A stretch of DNA of 64,000 bases from Blastococcus saxobsidens DD2 (GCF_000284015.1 NC_016943.1:225541-289540); one strand, 5' to 3'; shown: positions 31,028-41,897, counted from the first letter of the stretch. A program made the numbers and translations. The notes: generated from the sequence alone by a model not told the origin.

Positions 31028-31830
31028 GTGCGGCAGTGCCGAAATCGCGTCCGAACGTGTCATCGCCTGGCCACGGCCTCGCAGCAGCTCAACGGCGCGG
31101 CCGAGGGCATGCGCTCGAACGCGCAGACCGCCGCCGGTCAGGCCGACGAGGTCGTCGCCTCGGCCGGTGCCGTCGCCTCCAGCGTCGACACCGTGGCCAC
31201 CGGCTCCTCGCAGATGGAGTCGGCGATCCGGGAGATCTCGCAGAACGCCAGCCAGGCCAGCCGGGTGGCCGGCCAGGCCGTCGACGTCGCCGAGGAGACG
31301 ACGAAGACCGTCGGGAAGCTGGGTGACTCCTCGGCGGAGATCGCCACGGTGATCAAGCTGATCAACGGGATCGCCGAGCAGACCAACCTGCTGGCCCTCA
31401 ACGCCACGATCGAGGCGGCGCGGGCCGGGGAGGCCGGCAAGGGCTTCGCCGTCGTCGCCTCCGAGGTCAAGGAACTGGCGCAGGAGACCGCCCGGGCGAC
31501 CGAGGACATCTCCCAGCGGGTGGAGGCCATCCAGGCCGACACCGCCGGCGCGGTGGACGCGATCGGCAGGATCAGCGCGGTCATCGGTGAGATCAACGAC
31601 TTCCAGGCCACCATCGCGGCGGCCGTGGAGGAGCAGACGGCGACGACCAACGAGATGAACCGCAACGTGGCCGAGGCCGCCAGCGGCTCGCGGGACATCG
31701 CCGCCGCGATCACCGGTCTCGCCGCCGGCACGGCGGAGACGAACCAGCGGGTGGAGGACGCCCAGGGGGCGGCCTCCGAGCTGGCCCGGATGAGTGGTGA
31801 GCTCCAGGACGCGGTCAGCCGCTTCGTCGT
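31028..31830 (+). pseudogene. methyl-accepting chemotaxis protein signalling-domain fragment (no sensor/TM/HAMP; probable gene remnant)
   Basis: Only the MCP cytoplasmic domain is present ([35 protein letters not shown]). The frame opens 40 bp after the upstream gene and has no stop before the downstream SPFH gene. Confidence 0.5.
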
Positions 31831-32035
31831 GCGGGGGGTCAGGTCAGGACTGCGCGCCGTTCCGGTCGGTGAACCGCCGGCGAACCCCCTGCTCATCGCA
31901 TCGGGTGATCGGCTGCTGCGGTCGGTGGCGTCTCCGTCTCCGGCGCGCGCGACGGAGACGTGGAACCGTGGTGGCAGACGGGTCGGCACAGCGTGCCGCG
32001 GGACCGTCCCGCGGTCACCGAGTCGGCCGGAAGAG

Positions 32036-32974
32036 GTGGTCCCGGTGACTGCTCTGCTCGTCGTCCTCGCCGTCGTGGTGGTGCTCGCCGTGGTGCTGGG
32101 AGCAGCCGGCGTCCAATCGGTGCAGCAGTACCAGCGCGGCGTCGTCCTGCGCTTCGGCCGGCTGCTGCCGGCGGTCCGCGAGCCGGGACTGCGGTTCATC
32201 ATCCCGTTCGTCGACCAGATGACCAAGGTGCCCGTGCAGACGCTCGTGCTCGACGTGCCGTCGCAGGGCACCATCACCCGGGACAACGTCACGATCGGCG
32301 TCGACGCGGTCGTCTACTTCCGCGTGGTCGACCCGGTCCGCGCGGTCATCAACGTGGAGAACTACATGATCGCCACGTCGCAGGTCTCGCAGACCTCGCT
32401 CCGTTCCGTCATCGGGCGTGCCGACCTCGACACGCTGCTGTCGGACCGCGAGGCCATCAACAGCGAGCTCCGGGCGGTCATTGACACCCCCACGGAGGAC
32501 TGGGGCATCAAGATCGACCGGGTGGAGGTCAAGGACATCTCCCTGCCCGAGGGGATGCGGCGGTCCATGTCCCGCCAGGCCGAGGCCGAGCGGGACCGTC
32601 GCGCCCGGGTGATCTCCGCCGACGGCGAGTTCCAGGCCTCGACCAAGCTCGCGCAGGCCGCCGAGGCGATGAGCGCCACTCCCGGCGCGCTGCAGCTGCG
32701 GCTGCTCCAGACGGTGGCCGACGTGGCCTCGGAGAAGAACAGCACGCTGGTCATGCCGTTCCCCGTCGAGCTGCTGCGCTTCTTCGAGCAGGCCGCAGGC
32801 GGCCGGCCGGAGGCGGAGGCCACGCGGCCGGCGGCGTCCGACGAGGATGCCGAGCAGGCCGCGCTGGCCTCGACCGAGGAGGTGCGCGCGCTGTCGTCGA
32901 CCGAAGGCGCCGGGAACGGTCAGGCCGACGGCGTCCCGGGCCTCACCACAGGCTCCTCGGCAGGTCGCGGGTGA
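32036..32974 (+). CDS. SPFH/band-7 (stomatin-like) family membrane protein
   Basis: N-terminal [20 protein letters not shown] then the SPFH core ([18 protein letters not shown] ... [12 protein letters not shown]). GTG start at 32036 or 32045. Confidence 0.75.
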   Translation: MVPVTALLVVLAVVVVLAVVLGAAGVQSVQQYQRGVVLRFGRLLPAVREPGLRFIIPFVDQMTKVPVQTLVLDVPSQGTITRDNVTIGVDAVVYFRVVDPVRAVINVENYMIATSQVSQTSLRSVIGRADLDTLLSDREAINSELRAVIDTPTEDWGIKIDRVEVKDISLPEGMRRSMSRQAEAERDRRARVISADGEFQASTKLAQAAEAMSATPGALQLRLLQTVADVASEKNSTLVMPFPVELLRFFEQAAGGRPEAEATRPAASDEDAEQAALASTEEVRALSSTEGAGNGQADGVPGLTTGSSAGRG

Positions 32975-33116
32975 GCTCCGCGAGCTCGCCGAGGGTGCGG
33001 GCGGCGTAGGCCGCCCGCACCCGCTCGTCGAACTCGTCGACAGTGAGCCGGCCCTGGGTCAGTCCGCGCTGAAGCTGCCGCACCGTCTCCTCGCGGTCGT
33101 CGTCCGACGCCCGCAC
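32943..33116 (-). CDS. small DUF1707 (SHOCT-like) domain protein
   Basis: [53 protein letters not shown] matches the DUF1707 consensus. Unusually short (~57 aa). Confidence 0.3.
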   Translation of the reverse strand: MRASDDDREETVRQLQRGLTQGRLTVDEFDERVRAAYAARTLGELAELTRDLPRSLW

Positions 33117-33160
33117 CTGGGCATCGCGGGGATCCTCGGGCACCTCCTCCTCCGGCGGCC

Positions 33161-33715
33161 TCAGAGGTACTGCCCGCCGCCCGGGCGGAAGTCCGGCTGC
33201 GCCGGCGCCTGGCCCCCGGGGAGCGCCTTGCGGCGCATCTCCTCCAGCTGGGCCCGGGCCGCCATCTGCTGGGCGAACAGCGCGGTCTGGATGCCGTGGA
33301 AGACGCCTTCCAGCCAGCCGACCAGCTGGGCCTGCGCGATCCGCAGCTCGGCGTCCGACGGCGTCTCGCCCTCGCTGAAGGGCAGCGTGATCCGCTCCAG
33401 CTCCTCCCGCAGCTCCGGGGCCAGGCCCTGCTCCAGCTCCCGGATCGACGAGGCGTGGATGTCCCGCAGCCGGTTCCGGCTGGCGTCGTCCAGGGGCGCC
33501 GCGCGGACCTCCTCCAGGAGCTGCTTGATCATCGTCCCGATGCGCATGACCTTCGCCGGCTGCTCCACGAGCTCGCCGACGTGCATGCCGCCGTCGCCGT
33601 CGTCGTCGGGCGACTGGGGCATGGGCATCGTGCCCACCGGGCGCCCGTCGGGACCCACCACGACCACCTGCTGGGGACGTTCGCTGCCGTTCTCCGGTGC
33701 CGTCATGCCCTCCAT
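33161..33715 (-). CDS. bpa: bacterial proteasome activator Bpa/PafE
   Basis: C-terminal GQYL proteasome-docking motif, helical core, about 184 aa. Confidence 0.8.
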   Translation of the reverse strand: MEGMTAPENGSERPQQVVVVGPDGRPVGTMPMPQSPDDDGDGGMHVGELVEQPAKVMRIGTMIKQLLEEVRAAPLDDASRNRLRDIHASSIRELEQGLAPELREELERITLPFSEGETPSDAELRIAQAQLVGWLEGVFHGIQTALFAQQMAARAQLEEMRRKALPGGQAPAQPDFRPGGGQYL

Positions 33716-33804
33716 CCTGCCCCGTGCCGGGGACAGCCGGCCGAGCGGCGGGGAGCGCGGGGACGGCGCATGGACGGCGGCGGCCAGGAACTAGGGTGCG
33801 GCGC

Positions 33805-35028
33805 ATGTCATCGGGGGCGGCGCGGCTCGACGTCGCCCGGGTGCGCGGGCTGTTCCCGGCCCTCTCCGACGGGTTCGTGCACGCCGACGGCCCCGCCGGT
33901 TCGCTGGTGCCGGAGAACGTGGCGCACGCGGTCGGCTCGGCGATGCGCATGCCGGTCGCCAACCGGGGCGGGGTCTTCCCCGCCTCGGGCCGCGCGGAGG
34001 CGCTGGTCTCGGGCGCCCGCGCCGCCGTGGCCGACCTGGTCGGCGGCCGGCCAGGCGGGGTGGTGCTCGGCGCCAACATGACCACGCTGACCTACGGCGT
34101 GGCCCGGGCACTGGCGCGCACCTGGCGGGCAGGGGACGAGATCGTGCTCAGCCGTCTGGACCACGACGCCAACGTGCGGCCGTGGCTGCAGGTGGCCGAG
34201 GCCGTCGGCGTGCAGGTGCGCTGGGCGGAGGTGGACATCGAGACCGGCGAGCTGCCCGCCTGGCAGTACGCCGAGCTGCTCAACCGCCGCACCCGGCTGG
34301 TGGCGGTCACCGCCGCGAGCAACGCGCTGGGCACCCGCCCCGACGTCGCCGGCATCGCCGCGCAGGCGCAGGCAGTGGGTGCGCTGGTCTACGTGGACGC
34401 CGTCCACGCCGCCCCGCACGTGTTCCTCGACAAGGCGTCCCTCGGGGCGGACTTCGTCGCCGTCTCGGCGTACAAGTGGTGCGGGCCGCACGTCGGCGCC
34501 GTCGTGGCCGATCCCGACCTGCTGGATCACCTGCGGCCGGACAAGCTCCTGCCGTCGTCGGACCGGGTGCCCGAGCGGTTCGAGACCGGCACCCCGCCCT
34601 TCGAGCTGTTCGCGGGGGTGAGCGCCGCCGTCGACCACCTGGCCGGCCTGTGCGCCGAGGCGGTCGGCACCCGGCGGGACCGGCTGCGGGCCTCCATGGC
34701 CGACGTCGCCCGGCACGAGGCCGACCTGTTCGAGTGGCTGGACCAGGCGCTGCGCGCCATGCGGCACGTGCAGGTGCTCGGCGAGCCCGAGCGCTGCACC
34801 CCCACCCTGTCGTTCACGGTGGCCGGCATGCGCCCCCGCCAGGTGGCCGCCGAGCTCGCCCGGGCCGGGATCTGCGCCTGGGACGGTGACTTCTACGCCC
34901 GCGAGCTCTTCGACGCCCTCGGTGTCAACGAGACCGGGGGAGCGGTGCGGCTCGGGCTCATGCACTACAACACCGCCGACGAGGTCGGCCGGATCATCGA
35001 CGCCGTCGCCGGGCTGCGCCCCCGCTGA
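33805..35028 (+). CDS. aminotransferase class V / cysteine desulfurase-like protein
   Basis: PLP-fold with the lysine region SAYKWCGPH. About 407 aa. Confidence 0.7.
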   Translation: MSSGAARLDVARVRGLFPALSDGFVHADGPAGSLVPENVAHAVGSAMRMPVANRGGVFPASGRAEALVSGARAAVADLVGGRPGGVVLGANMTTLTYGVARALARTWRAGDEIVLSRLDHDANVRPWLQVAEAVGVQVRWAEVDIETGELPAWQYAELLNRRTRLVAVTAASNALGTRPDVAGIAAQAQAVGALVYVDAVHAAPHVFLDKASLGADFVAVSAYKWCGPHVGAVVADPDLLDHLRPDKLLPSSDRVPERFETGTPPFELFAGVSAAVDHLAGLCAEAVGTRRDRLRASMADVARHEADLFEWLDQALRAMRHVQVLGEPERCTPTLSFTVAGMRPRQVAAELARAGICAWDGDFYARELFDALGVNETGGAVRLGLMHYNTADEVGRIIDAVAGLRPR

Positions 35029-35030
35029 GC

Positions 35031-36023
35031 TCAGCTGCCGGAGACGAGCAGCACCTTCCCGATGTGCTCGCTGGCCGCGACGACGCGGTGTCCCTCGGCG
35101 GCCTCCGACATCGGCAGCCGCCGGTCGACGATCGGCCGGACCACCCCGCGCTCGACCTCGGGCCACACGTCGTGCCGCACCGCGGCGACGATCTCGGCCT
35201 TGCCGCCGGGGCCGCGGACCGGCCGGGAGCGCAGGGCGGTGGCGTGCACGGAGCCGCGCTTGCGCAGCAACGCGTTGATGTCGAGCTCGGCCTTGGCGCC
35301 GCCCTGCATGCCGATGATCACCAGCCGGCCGCCGTCGGCCAGGGCGTCGACGTTGCGGCCCAGGTACTTGGCGCCCATGTTGTCCAGGACCACGTCGGCG
35401 CCGCGGCCGTCGGTCGCCTCCCGCACCCGCTCGACGAAGTCCTCGTCGCGGTAGTTGATCGCCACCTCCGCGCCCAGCTCCCGGCAGACGGCGAGCTTGG
35501 CGGCGCTGCCCGCGGTGGTGGCGACGCGCGCCCCGGCACGGGCGGCCAGCTGGATGGCCATGGTGCCGATGCCGCTGGAGCCGCCGTGCACCAGGAAGGT
35601 GTCGCCGCGCTCGAGCCCCGCGAGCAGGAAGACGTTGGACCAGACGGTGCAGGCGACCTCGGGCAGGGCGGCGGCGGTGGCCAGTTCGACACCGGCCGGG
35701 CGGGGCAGGAGCTGCTCGGCGGGGACGGCGACCCGCTCGGCGTAGCCGCCGCCGGCGAGCAGCGCGCACACCTCGTCGCCTCTCGACCATCCCGTCACGC
35801 CGTCACCGATCTCGCTGACGATCCCGCTGCACTCCAGACCGAGGATCTCGCTGGTGCCCTTCGGCGGTGCGTAGAAGCCCTGCCGCTGGAGCAGGTCGGC
35901 CCGGTTCACCGCGGTGGCGACGACGTCGACGATCACCTCGCCCGGGCCGCACACCGGATCGGGCACCTCGGTCCACTGCAGCACCTCAGGGCCACCGGGT
36001 TCGCTGATCGTCACCGCGCGCAT
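35031..36023 (-). CDS. NADPH:quinone oxidoreductase (zeta-crystallin/MDR family)
   Basis: MDR fold with the Rossmann motif GGSSGIGTMAIQLA. Confidence 0.8.
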   Translation of the reverse strand: MRAVTISEPGGPEVLQWTEVPDPVCGPGEVIVDVVATAVNRADLLQRQGFYAPPKGTSEILGLECSGIVSEIGDGVTGWSRGDEVCALLAGGGYAERVAVPAEQLLPRPAGVELATAAALPEVACTVWSNVFLLAGLERGDTFLVHGGSSGIGTMAIQLAARAGARVATTAGSAAKLAVCRELGAEVAINYRDEDFVERVREATDGRGADVVLDNMGAKYLGRNVDALADGGRLVIIGMQGGAKAELDINALLRKRGSVHATALRSRPVRGPGGKAEIVAAVRHDVWPEVERGVVRPIVDRRLPMSEAAEGHRVVAASEHIGKVLLVSGS

Positions 36024-36183
36024 GGACCTGACCTTAGGGAGCCGGTGGGGGGAGCTGCTCACCGAGAATCGCCGGATGCGGGTCTCCCGGATGCGGGACA
36101 CCCGCTTCCGGCGCATCTCGGCCCCGGCCCCGGACGCGCGACGGCGCCGCGCCCCCGGAAGGGACGCGGCGCCGTCGGGGTGC

Positions 36184-37797
36184 TCAGCGGTTCTTCAGGT
36201 CCTTGCGCAGGATCTTGCCGGCCGCCGACTTCGGCACCTGCTCGATGAACTCCACGAAGCGGACCTTCTTGTGCGGGGCCACCTTCTCGGTCATGTAGGC
36301 CATGACGGCATCCTCGGTGATCTCCGAGCCCGGCGCGCGGACGACGAAGGCCTTGGGCAGCTCCTCGCCGCTCTCCTTGTCCGGCACACCGATGACGGCG
36401 GCGTCGGCGATCTCGGGGTGACCGATGAGCACGGCCTCCAGCTCGGCCGGCGCGACCTGGTAGCCCTTGTACTTGATCAGCTCCTTGACCCGGTCGACGA
36501 CCGTGTAGCAGCCGTTCGCGTCGACGACGGCGACGTCGCCGGTGTGCAGCCAGCCCTCGCTGTCGACGGTGCCGGCGGTGGCGTCGGGGTTGTTCAGGTA
36601 GCCCTTCATCACCTGCGGGCCGCGGATCCACAGCTCGCCGCGCTCACCCTCGGCGGCGTCCTGCCCGGTACCCGGGTCGATCAGCCGGCACTCGGTGTTG
36701 GGCACCGCGAAACCGACCGAGCCCTTGGGCACCTCGCCGCTGAAGCCGGGGGGCTCCGCGCCCAGGTCGGGCGTGGTGTGCGAGACCGGAGAGAGCTCGG
36801 TCATCCCGTAGCCCTGGCCCACCGAGACGCCGCTGTCGGCGCCCTTGCGCAGCCGGTCCTGGGCGGCCAGCGCGAGCTGCTCGTCCAGCGGCGCCGCACC
36901 GGAGAGGATCGAGGTGAGCGACGAGAGGTCGAACTGGTCGACCAGCGGGTGCTTGGCCATGGCCAGCAGGATGGGCGGCGCCACGAACGCGCGGGTGATC
37001 TTGTGGTCCTGGATCGTGCGGAGGAAGTCCTCCAGGTCGAACCGCGGCAGGGTGACGACGGCGCCGCCCCACGCCAGGCCCTGGTTCATCAGCACGGTCA
37101 GGCCGTAGATGTGGAAGAACGGCAGGACGGCGATGATCCGCTCGTCCTCGCCGATGTTGATCAGCGGCTTGCACTGCGCGACGTTGGCCACCAGGTTTCG
37201 GTGGGTCAGCATGACGCCCTTGGGCAGCCCGGTGGTCCCGCTGGAGTAGGGCAGCGTGACCAGGTCGTTGGCCGGGTCGATGTCCACCTGCACCGAGGGC
37301 GCGTCGGCGCCCAGCAGGTCGAACAGGTTGGCGTGCCCCTCGGCGCCGTCGAGCACGATGATCTCGTCGACCGGCGACTTCTCCGCGGCCGCGGTGGCGC
37401 GGTCCAGGAACAGCGAGATCGTGATCAGGATCTTCGCGCCGGAGTCCTTCAGCTGGAAGGCGATCTCGTCGGGCGTGTAGAGCGAATTGATCGGGCTCAT
37501 CACGCAGCCGGCTGCGGCGATGCCGTGGAACACCACCGGGAACCAGGGGGTGTTCGGGCAGAAGACGGCGACGACGTCGCCCTTGCGCAGGCCGCGGGCG
37601 TGCAGGTTGGCGGCGACGCGGTCGACGTAGGCGGCCAGCTGGCCGTGGGTGATCACATCACCCTTGAGGCCGTCGATCAGGGCCGGTGCGTCGGGCCGGT
37701 CCCTGCCGGCCGCGAGGACGTACTCGGGGACGGAGACGTCCGGGATCTCGACGTCGGGAAAACGGCTGGCCAGCGCCACGGTGGTTCCTCCTCGCAC
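36184..37797 (-). CDS. AMP-dependent acyl-CoA synthetase/ligase (FadD-type)
   Basis: AMP-binding motif LPYSSGTTGLPKGV, then GYGMTE and YKGYQVAPAELE. Confidence 0.85.
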   Translation of the reverse strand: MRGGTTVALASRFPDVEIPDVSVPEYVLAAGRDRPDAPALIDGLKGDVITHGQLAAYVDRVAANLHARGLRKGDVVAVFCPNTPWFPVVFHGIAAAGCVMSPINSLYTPDEIAFQLKDSGAKILITISLFLDRATAAAEKSPVDEIIVLDGAEGHANLFDLLGADAPSVQVDIDPANDLVTLPYSSGTTGLPKGVMLTHRNLVANVAQCKPLINIGEDERIIAVLPFFHIYGLTVLMNQGLAWGGAVVTLPRFDLEDFLRTIQDHKITRAFVAPPILLAMAKHPLVDQFDLSSLTSILSGAAPLDEQLALAAQDRLRKGADSGVSVGQGYGMTELSPVSHTTPDLGAEPPGFSGEVPKGSVGFAVPNTECRLIDPGTGQDAAEGERGELWIRGPQVMKGYLNNPDATAGTVDSEGWLHTGDVAVVDANGCYTVVDRVKELIKYKGYQVAPAELEAVLIGHPEIADAAVIGVPDKESGEELPKAFVVRAPGSEITEDAVMAYMTEKVAPHKKVRFVEFIEQVPKSAAGKILRKDLKNR

Positions 37798-37867
37798 GGT
37801 GTTGTGGCGCCAGTCTCACACCTGCGGTGTCCCCTCTCACAAGGGGGTTACCGGCGGGTTCGCCCGA

Positions 37868-38305
37868 TCAGCGAGGCCAGAGCACCGACTGCGTGCAGCG
37901 GAACAGCGCGATCGTCTTCCCCGTGTCTGCGTTGCTGACCACGGCGTCCCACACCTGGGTCGTCCGCCCAGCGTGCACGTTCGTCGCCGTGCAGGCGATC
38001 CGTCCGTCGCGCGCGGTGCTGAGGTGGTTGCTCTTGAGCTCGATCGTGGTGAAGCCCGTCGAGCCCTCGGGCAGCAGCGCCCGGGTGGGCAGGCCGCAGC
38101 TGGTGTCGGCCAGCGTGACCACGGTGCCGGCGTGCAGGTAGCCGTTGGGCGCCAGCAGCTCGGGCCGGATGTCCAGGTGCGAGGTGAGCCGCCCGGGCTC
38201 GTGGCTGTCGATCACGATGCCGAGCAGCCCGGGGAAGGTGCCCGGCAGGAGGTCGTTGAGCTCGTCGGCGGTCAGGAACCCGGTGGCGGCCATGGTGCGA
38301 AACAT
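37868..38305 (-). CDS. PaaI-family hotdog-fold thioesterase
   Basis: Hotdog core HLDIRPELLAPNGYLHAGTVVTLADT. Start uncertain (38305 or 38332). Confidence 0.65.
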   Translation of the reverse strand: MFRTMAATGFLTADELNDLLPGTFPGLLGIVIDSHEPGRLTSHLDIRPELLAPNGYLHAGTVVTLADTSCGLPTRALLPEGSTGFTTIELKSNHLSTARDGRIACTATNVHAGRTTQVWDAVVSNADTGKTIALFRCTQSVLWPR

Positions 38306-38453
38306 ATCGAGCCGCGCTCCCGACCGCGGCACTGCCGGGTGGACCGGTCGCGGGGGCCCGGGGGGTCTCCCGACCGGGACATGGGCAACGGCTCAACGGC
38401 AGTGGGGGACGACAATTGGTGGCGGTGCGGTCCGGAGGACCGCGATGTCATCA

Positions 38454-39314
38454 TCAGGCGAGGCCGCGGACGGTGCGCACCGGGGGCCGGGTGCCCTGGA
38501 TCGACGCCACCATGTCCAGCGTCTGCCGGGTGGGCGCGACGTCGTGCGCGCGGAAGACCCGTGCGCCGAGCCAGGCGCTCACCGCCGTCGCCGCCAGCGT
38601 GCCGGTGAGCCGCTCGTCGAGGGCGACGTCGAGGGTCTCGCCGACGAAGTCCTTGTTCGACAGCGCCATCAGCACCGGCCAGCCGGTGCCCACGAGCTCG
38701 CCCAGCCTCCGTGTCGCCTCCAGCGAGTGCCGGGTGTTCTTGCCGAAGTCGTGCCCGGGGTCGACGAGCACGCGCTCCCGGTCCACCCCGGCGGCGACGG
38801 CGGCCTCGGCCAGCGCCGTCGTCCGGGTGACGATGTCGGCGACGACGTCGTCGTAGGCCACCCGGTGCGGTCGGGTGCGCGGCGGCAGGCCGCCGGCGTG
38901 CGTGCAGACGATCCCGGCCTCGGCCTCGGCGGCGACCTCCGCGAGCGCGGGGTCCACCCCGCCCCAGGCGTCGTTCACGACGTCGGCGCCGGCGGCCAGC
39001 GCCTCCCGCGCAACCGACGCCCGCCAGGTGTCGATCGAGATGGGGAGCGTGGGGTGCGCGGCCCGGATCGCGGCCACCAGGTCGACGGTGCGGCGGATCT
39101 CCTCGGCGGCGTCGACGTCGTCACCGGGCGCGGCCTTCACGCCGCCGACGTCCACCATGTCGGCGCCCTCGGCGACCACGCGCCCCACCCGCTCGACGGC
39201 GGCGGCCAGCTCGTAGGTGGCGCCGCGGTCGTAGAACGAGTCGGGGGTGCGGTTGACGATCGCCATGACCACGAACCGCCCGTCGGGCACGTCGAGGGCT
39301 CCCAGTCGCAGCAC
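38454..39314 (-). CDS. folP: dihydropteroate synthase family protein
   Basis: Pterin-binding TIM barrel with VDVGGVKAAPG and LSNKDFVGETL. Confidence 0.8.
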   Translation of the reverse strand: MLRLGALDVPDGRFVVMAIVNRTPDSFYDRGATYELAAAVERVGRVVAEGADMVDVGGVKAAPGDDVDAAEEIRRTVDLVAAIRAAHPTLPISIDTWRASVAREALAAGADVVNDAWGGVDPALAEVAAEAEAGIVCTHAGGLPPRTRPHRVAYDDVVADIVTRTTALAEAAVAAGVDRERVLVDPGHDFGKNTRHSLEATRRLGELVGTGWPVLMALSNKDFVGETLDVALDERLTGTLAATAVSAWLGARVFRAHDVAPTRQTLDMVASIQGTRPPVRTVRGLA

Positions 39315-39382
39315 TCGCTCCCCGTCCGGTCGTGGTGTGTGGTGGAGTCAGCCAATCAGACCGTGCACGAGGAGGCAGAGCA

Positions 39383-39845
39383 GATGGCGCAGACGACGGC
39401 CGATGGTGTCGAAGGGGTCCAGGGCCTGGTCGGGCAGCACCTGGGCCACAGCGACTGGGTGACGATCACGCAGGAGCAGGTGAACCAGTTCGCCGAGGCG
39501 ACCGGCGACCACCAGTGGATCCACGTCGACCCGGAACGGGCCACGAACGAGAGCCCCTTCGGCGGGCCGATCGCGCACGGCTACCTGACCCTGTCGCTGC
39601 TGCCCTCGCTGATGCCGCAGATCGTCGAGATCACCGGCTTCCGCATGGGCGTCAACTACGGCACGGAGAAGGTGCGCTTCCCCTCCCCGGTGCCGGTGGG
39701 CGCCCGGGTGCGGGCCGGGGCCACGCTCGAGGCGGCGACGCCGTTCGAGGGCGGCATCCAGATGAACCTCGCCGTCACGGTGGAGACCGAGGGCGGCAGC
39801 AAGCCGGCGATGGTCGCGACCGTCGTCTACCGCCGCTACCTCTGA
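39383..39845 (+). CDS. MaoC-like (R)-hydratase domain protein
   Basis: Hotdog MaoC motif TGDHQWIHVDPERA. Confidence 0.7.
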
Positions 39846-39893
39846 GGCGCCTGTCGGAATGATCAGGTCACCTGATCGTTCCGGAGAGGTGGG

Positions 39894-41150
39894 TCAGGTG
39901 ACGATGGCCTGGTTGACCAGCTGGCGCAGGTAGTTGCGGATCGGCAGGGTGCTCGAGGGCAGCAGCTGCGTGTAGAAGCTGACGGTGACGTCCTCGACCG
40001 GATCGACGTAGAAGGCCGTGGACGCCGCCCCGCCCCAGCTGTAGTCGCCGGCGTTGACGACGACGCCGTAGCGCGCGGGGTCGATGACCATGGAGAAGCC
40101 CAGCCCGAAGCCGACCCCGCGCAGTGGCGTCTCGGCGAACAGCGGCCGGCCGAAGCTCTCCAGGTCCTGGCCGCCGGGGAGGTGGTTGCTGACCATGTGC
40201 GCGAGCGTGCGCGGGCCGAGCAGCCGGCCGCCGTCGTAGGAGCCTCCGCGGCGCAGCATCTCGATGAACCGCAGGTAGTTCCCCGCGGTGGAGACCAGCC
40301 CGCCACCGCCGGAGAGGAACGCGGGCTTGCGGTGCGCCGCCTGTCCCATGGCGTCGAGCGGCGCGAAGCCGGTCGCGGCGCCACCCGGCTGCCCGGGGAC
40401 GGCGGAGTAGAGGCGGGCCAGGGACTCGACGTCGTCGCCGTCCCGCAGCCCGAACGAGGTGTCCCGCATCCCGAGCGGGGCGAAGATCCGCCCCTGGAAG
40501 AACTCGTCCAGCGGCTGGCCGGACACCACCTCGACCAGGCGGCCGAGCACGTCGGTGGAGACGCCGTAGTTCCACTCGGTGCCCGGCTGGAAGACCAGCG
40601 GCGCCGAGGCCCACTGGCGGCACACCTCGGCGGAGTCGGCGCCCGGCGGCGTGCCCCACTCGTGGCCCATCGCGCGGTACATGGCGTCGACGGGGTGCGC
40701 GTGGTGGAAGCCGTAGGTGAGCCCCGACATGTGGGTGAGCAGGTGCCACACGCGGATCGGCTCGACCTGCGGGCTGGTGACCGGCTTCATCGCCGATCCG
40801 GCCACGTACACCCGGGTCTCGGCGAACTCCGGCAGCCAGTGCGCGATCGGGTCGGTGAGCTGGAAGGCCCCCTCCTCGTACAGCATCATCGCCGCGACCG
40901 AGGTGATCGGCTTGGTCATCGAGAAGATCCGCCAGCGGGTGTCCTCCTCGACCGGGAGGCCCTCCTCGACGTTCCGGAAGCCGGCGCGGCCGACGTGCAC
41001 GAGCTTCCCGCGCCGGGCGACCGTGACCAGGAAGCCGGGCAGCTGGCCGTCGTCGACGTAGCGGTTCAGCCGCCCGTCGATGCGTGCCAACCGGGCCGGG
41101 TCCATGCCCACCTCGGCCGGGTCCGTCCGCACCTGCAGATCACTGCTCAC
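39894..41150 (-). CDS. serine hydrolase, beta-lactamase/esterase family
   Basis: SxxK motif FSMTKP. Class C beta-lactamase/esterase fold. Start uncertain (41150 or 41105). Confidence 0.75.
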   Translation of the reverse strand: MSSDLQVRTDPAEVGMDPARLARIDGRLNRYVDDGQLPGFLVTVARRGKLVHVGRAGFRNVEEGLPVEEDTRWRIFSMTKPITSVAAMMLYEEGAFQLTDPIAHWLPEFAETRVYVAGSAMKPVTSPQVEPIRVWHLLTHMSGLTYGFHHAHPVDAMYRAMGHEWGTPPGADSAEVCRQWASAPLVFQPGTEWNYGVSTDVLGRLVEVVSGQPLDEFFQGRIFAPLGMRDTSFGLRDGDDVESLARLYSAVPGQPGGAATGFAPLDAMGQAAHRKPAFLSGGGGLVSTAGNYLRFIEMLRRGGSYDGGRLLGPRTLAHMVSNHLPGGQDLESFGRPLFAETPLRGVGFGLGFSMVIDPARYGVVVNAGDYSWGGAASTAFYVDPVEDVTVSFYTQLLPSSTLPIRNYLRQLVNQAIVT

Positions 41151-41283
41151 GCCCACCTCCGGGTCCAGGACGCCGCCCGCCGCCGGGCAACGTCTCGACC
41201 GGCATCCTGACTCACGCCGTTGTGAGCCGGGACACACGGGGTCGGGACGTCCGCCCGGCGGCGACCACCGGTCCCGGGAGGGA

Positions 41284-41568
41284 TCAGACGGGGACGGAGC
41301 TCGCGGCCTTCTTCAGGTTCGAGCCGGCGGTCACCTTGACGGCGTTCGCCGCGGGGATGTCGATGGACTCCCCGGTCTGCGGGTTGCGGCCGGTGCGGGC
41401 GGACCGCTGGGTGCGCTCGACGGTGATCAGGCCCGGGACGGCGACCTTCTCGCCACGGGTGATGGCGTCGACGAGCTCGTCCTGCAGGCCGGCGAGGACC
41501 GAGTCGACGGTCGAGGCCGGGACGTCGGCGCGCTTGGCGATGGCGGAGACCAGTTCGGCCTTGTTCAT
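41284..41568 (-). CDS. hup: HU-family nucleoid-associated DNA-binding protein
   Basis: MNKAELVSAIAKRADV ... RNPQTGE matches the HU/IHF signature. Confidence 0.8.
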   Translation of the reverse strand: MNKAELVSAIAKRADVPASTVDSVLAGLQDELVDAITRGEKVAVPGLITVERTQRSARTGRNPQTGESIDIPAANAVKVTAGSNLKKAASSVPV

Positions 41569-41897
41569 GTGTGTCCTTCCGTAGGCGGTGGCGGGTGCCG
41601 TGTGCGCGGCACGCAGCCGGCTCTTCACCCTGGACGCGCGGGGCGCCGGCGGGGTTCCCCGAGATCCGCGCGGGTGGCGCGGCCTACGGGGCGCCCGGTC
41701 TCGCGGGAGGCCGGGCCGGGGGGCACGGTGCCATGCCACCCGTCGGTCCCGCCACCGGGGGCCCTGCGGAGCCCGCAGAAACCTCCCCGGTCACAGCTGT
41801 CCCGCGGCCCGTGCGCATCCCCCGGCCGGCCTTCAGGGGCCCGCGCCGGGCGTGCGGGCGTGGGGGGGAAGGAGGGGCCTGCTACTAGCGTGGGTCC

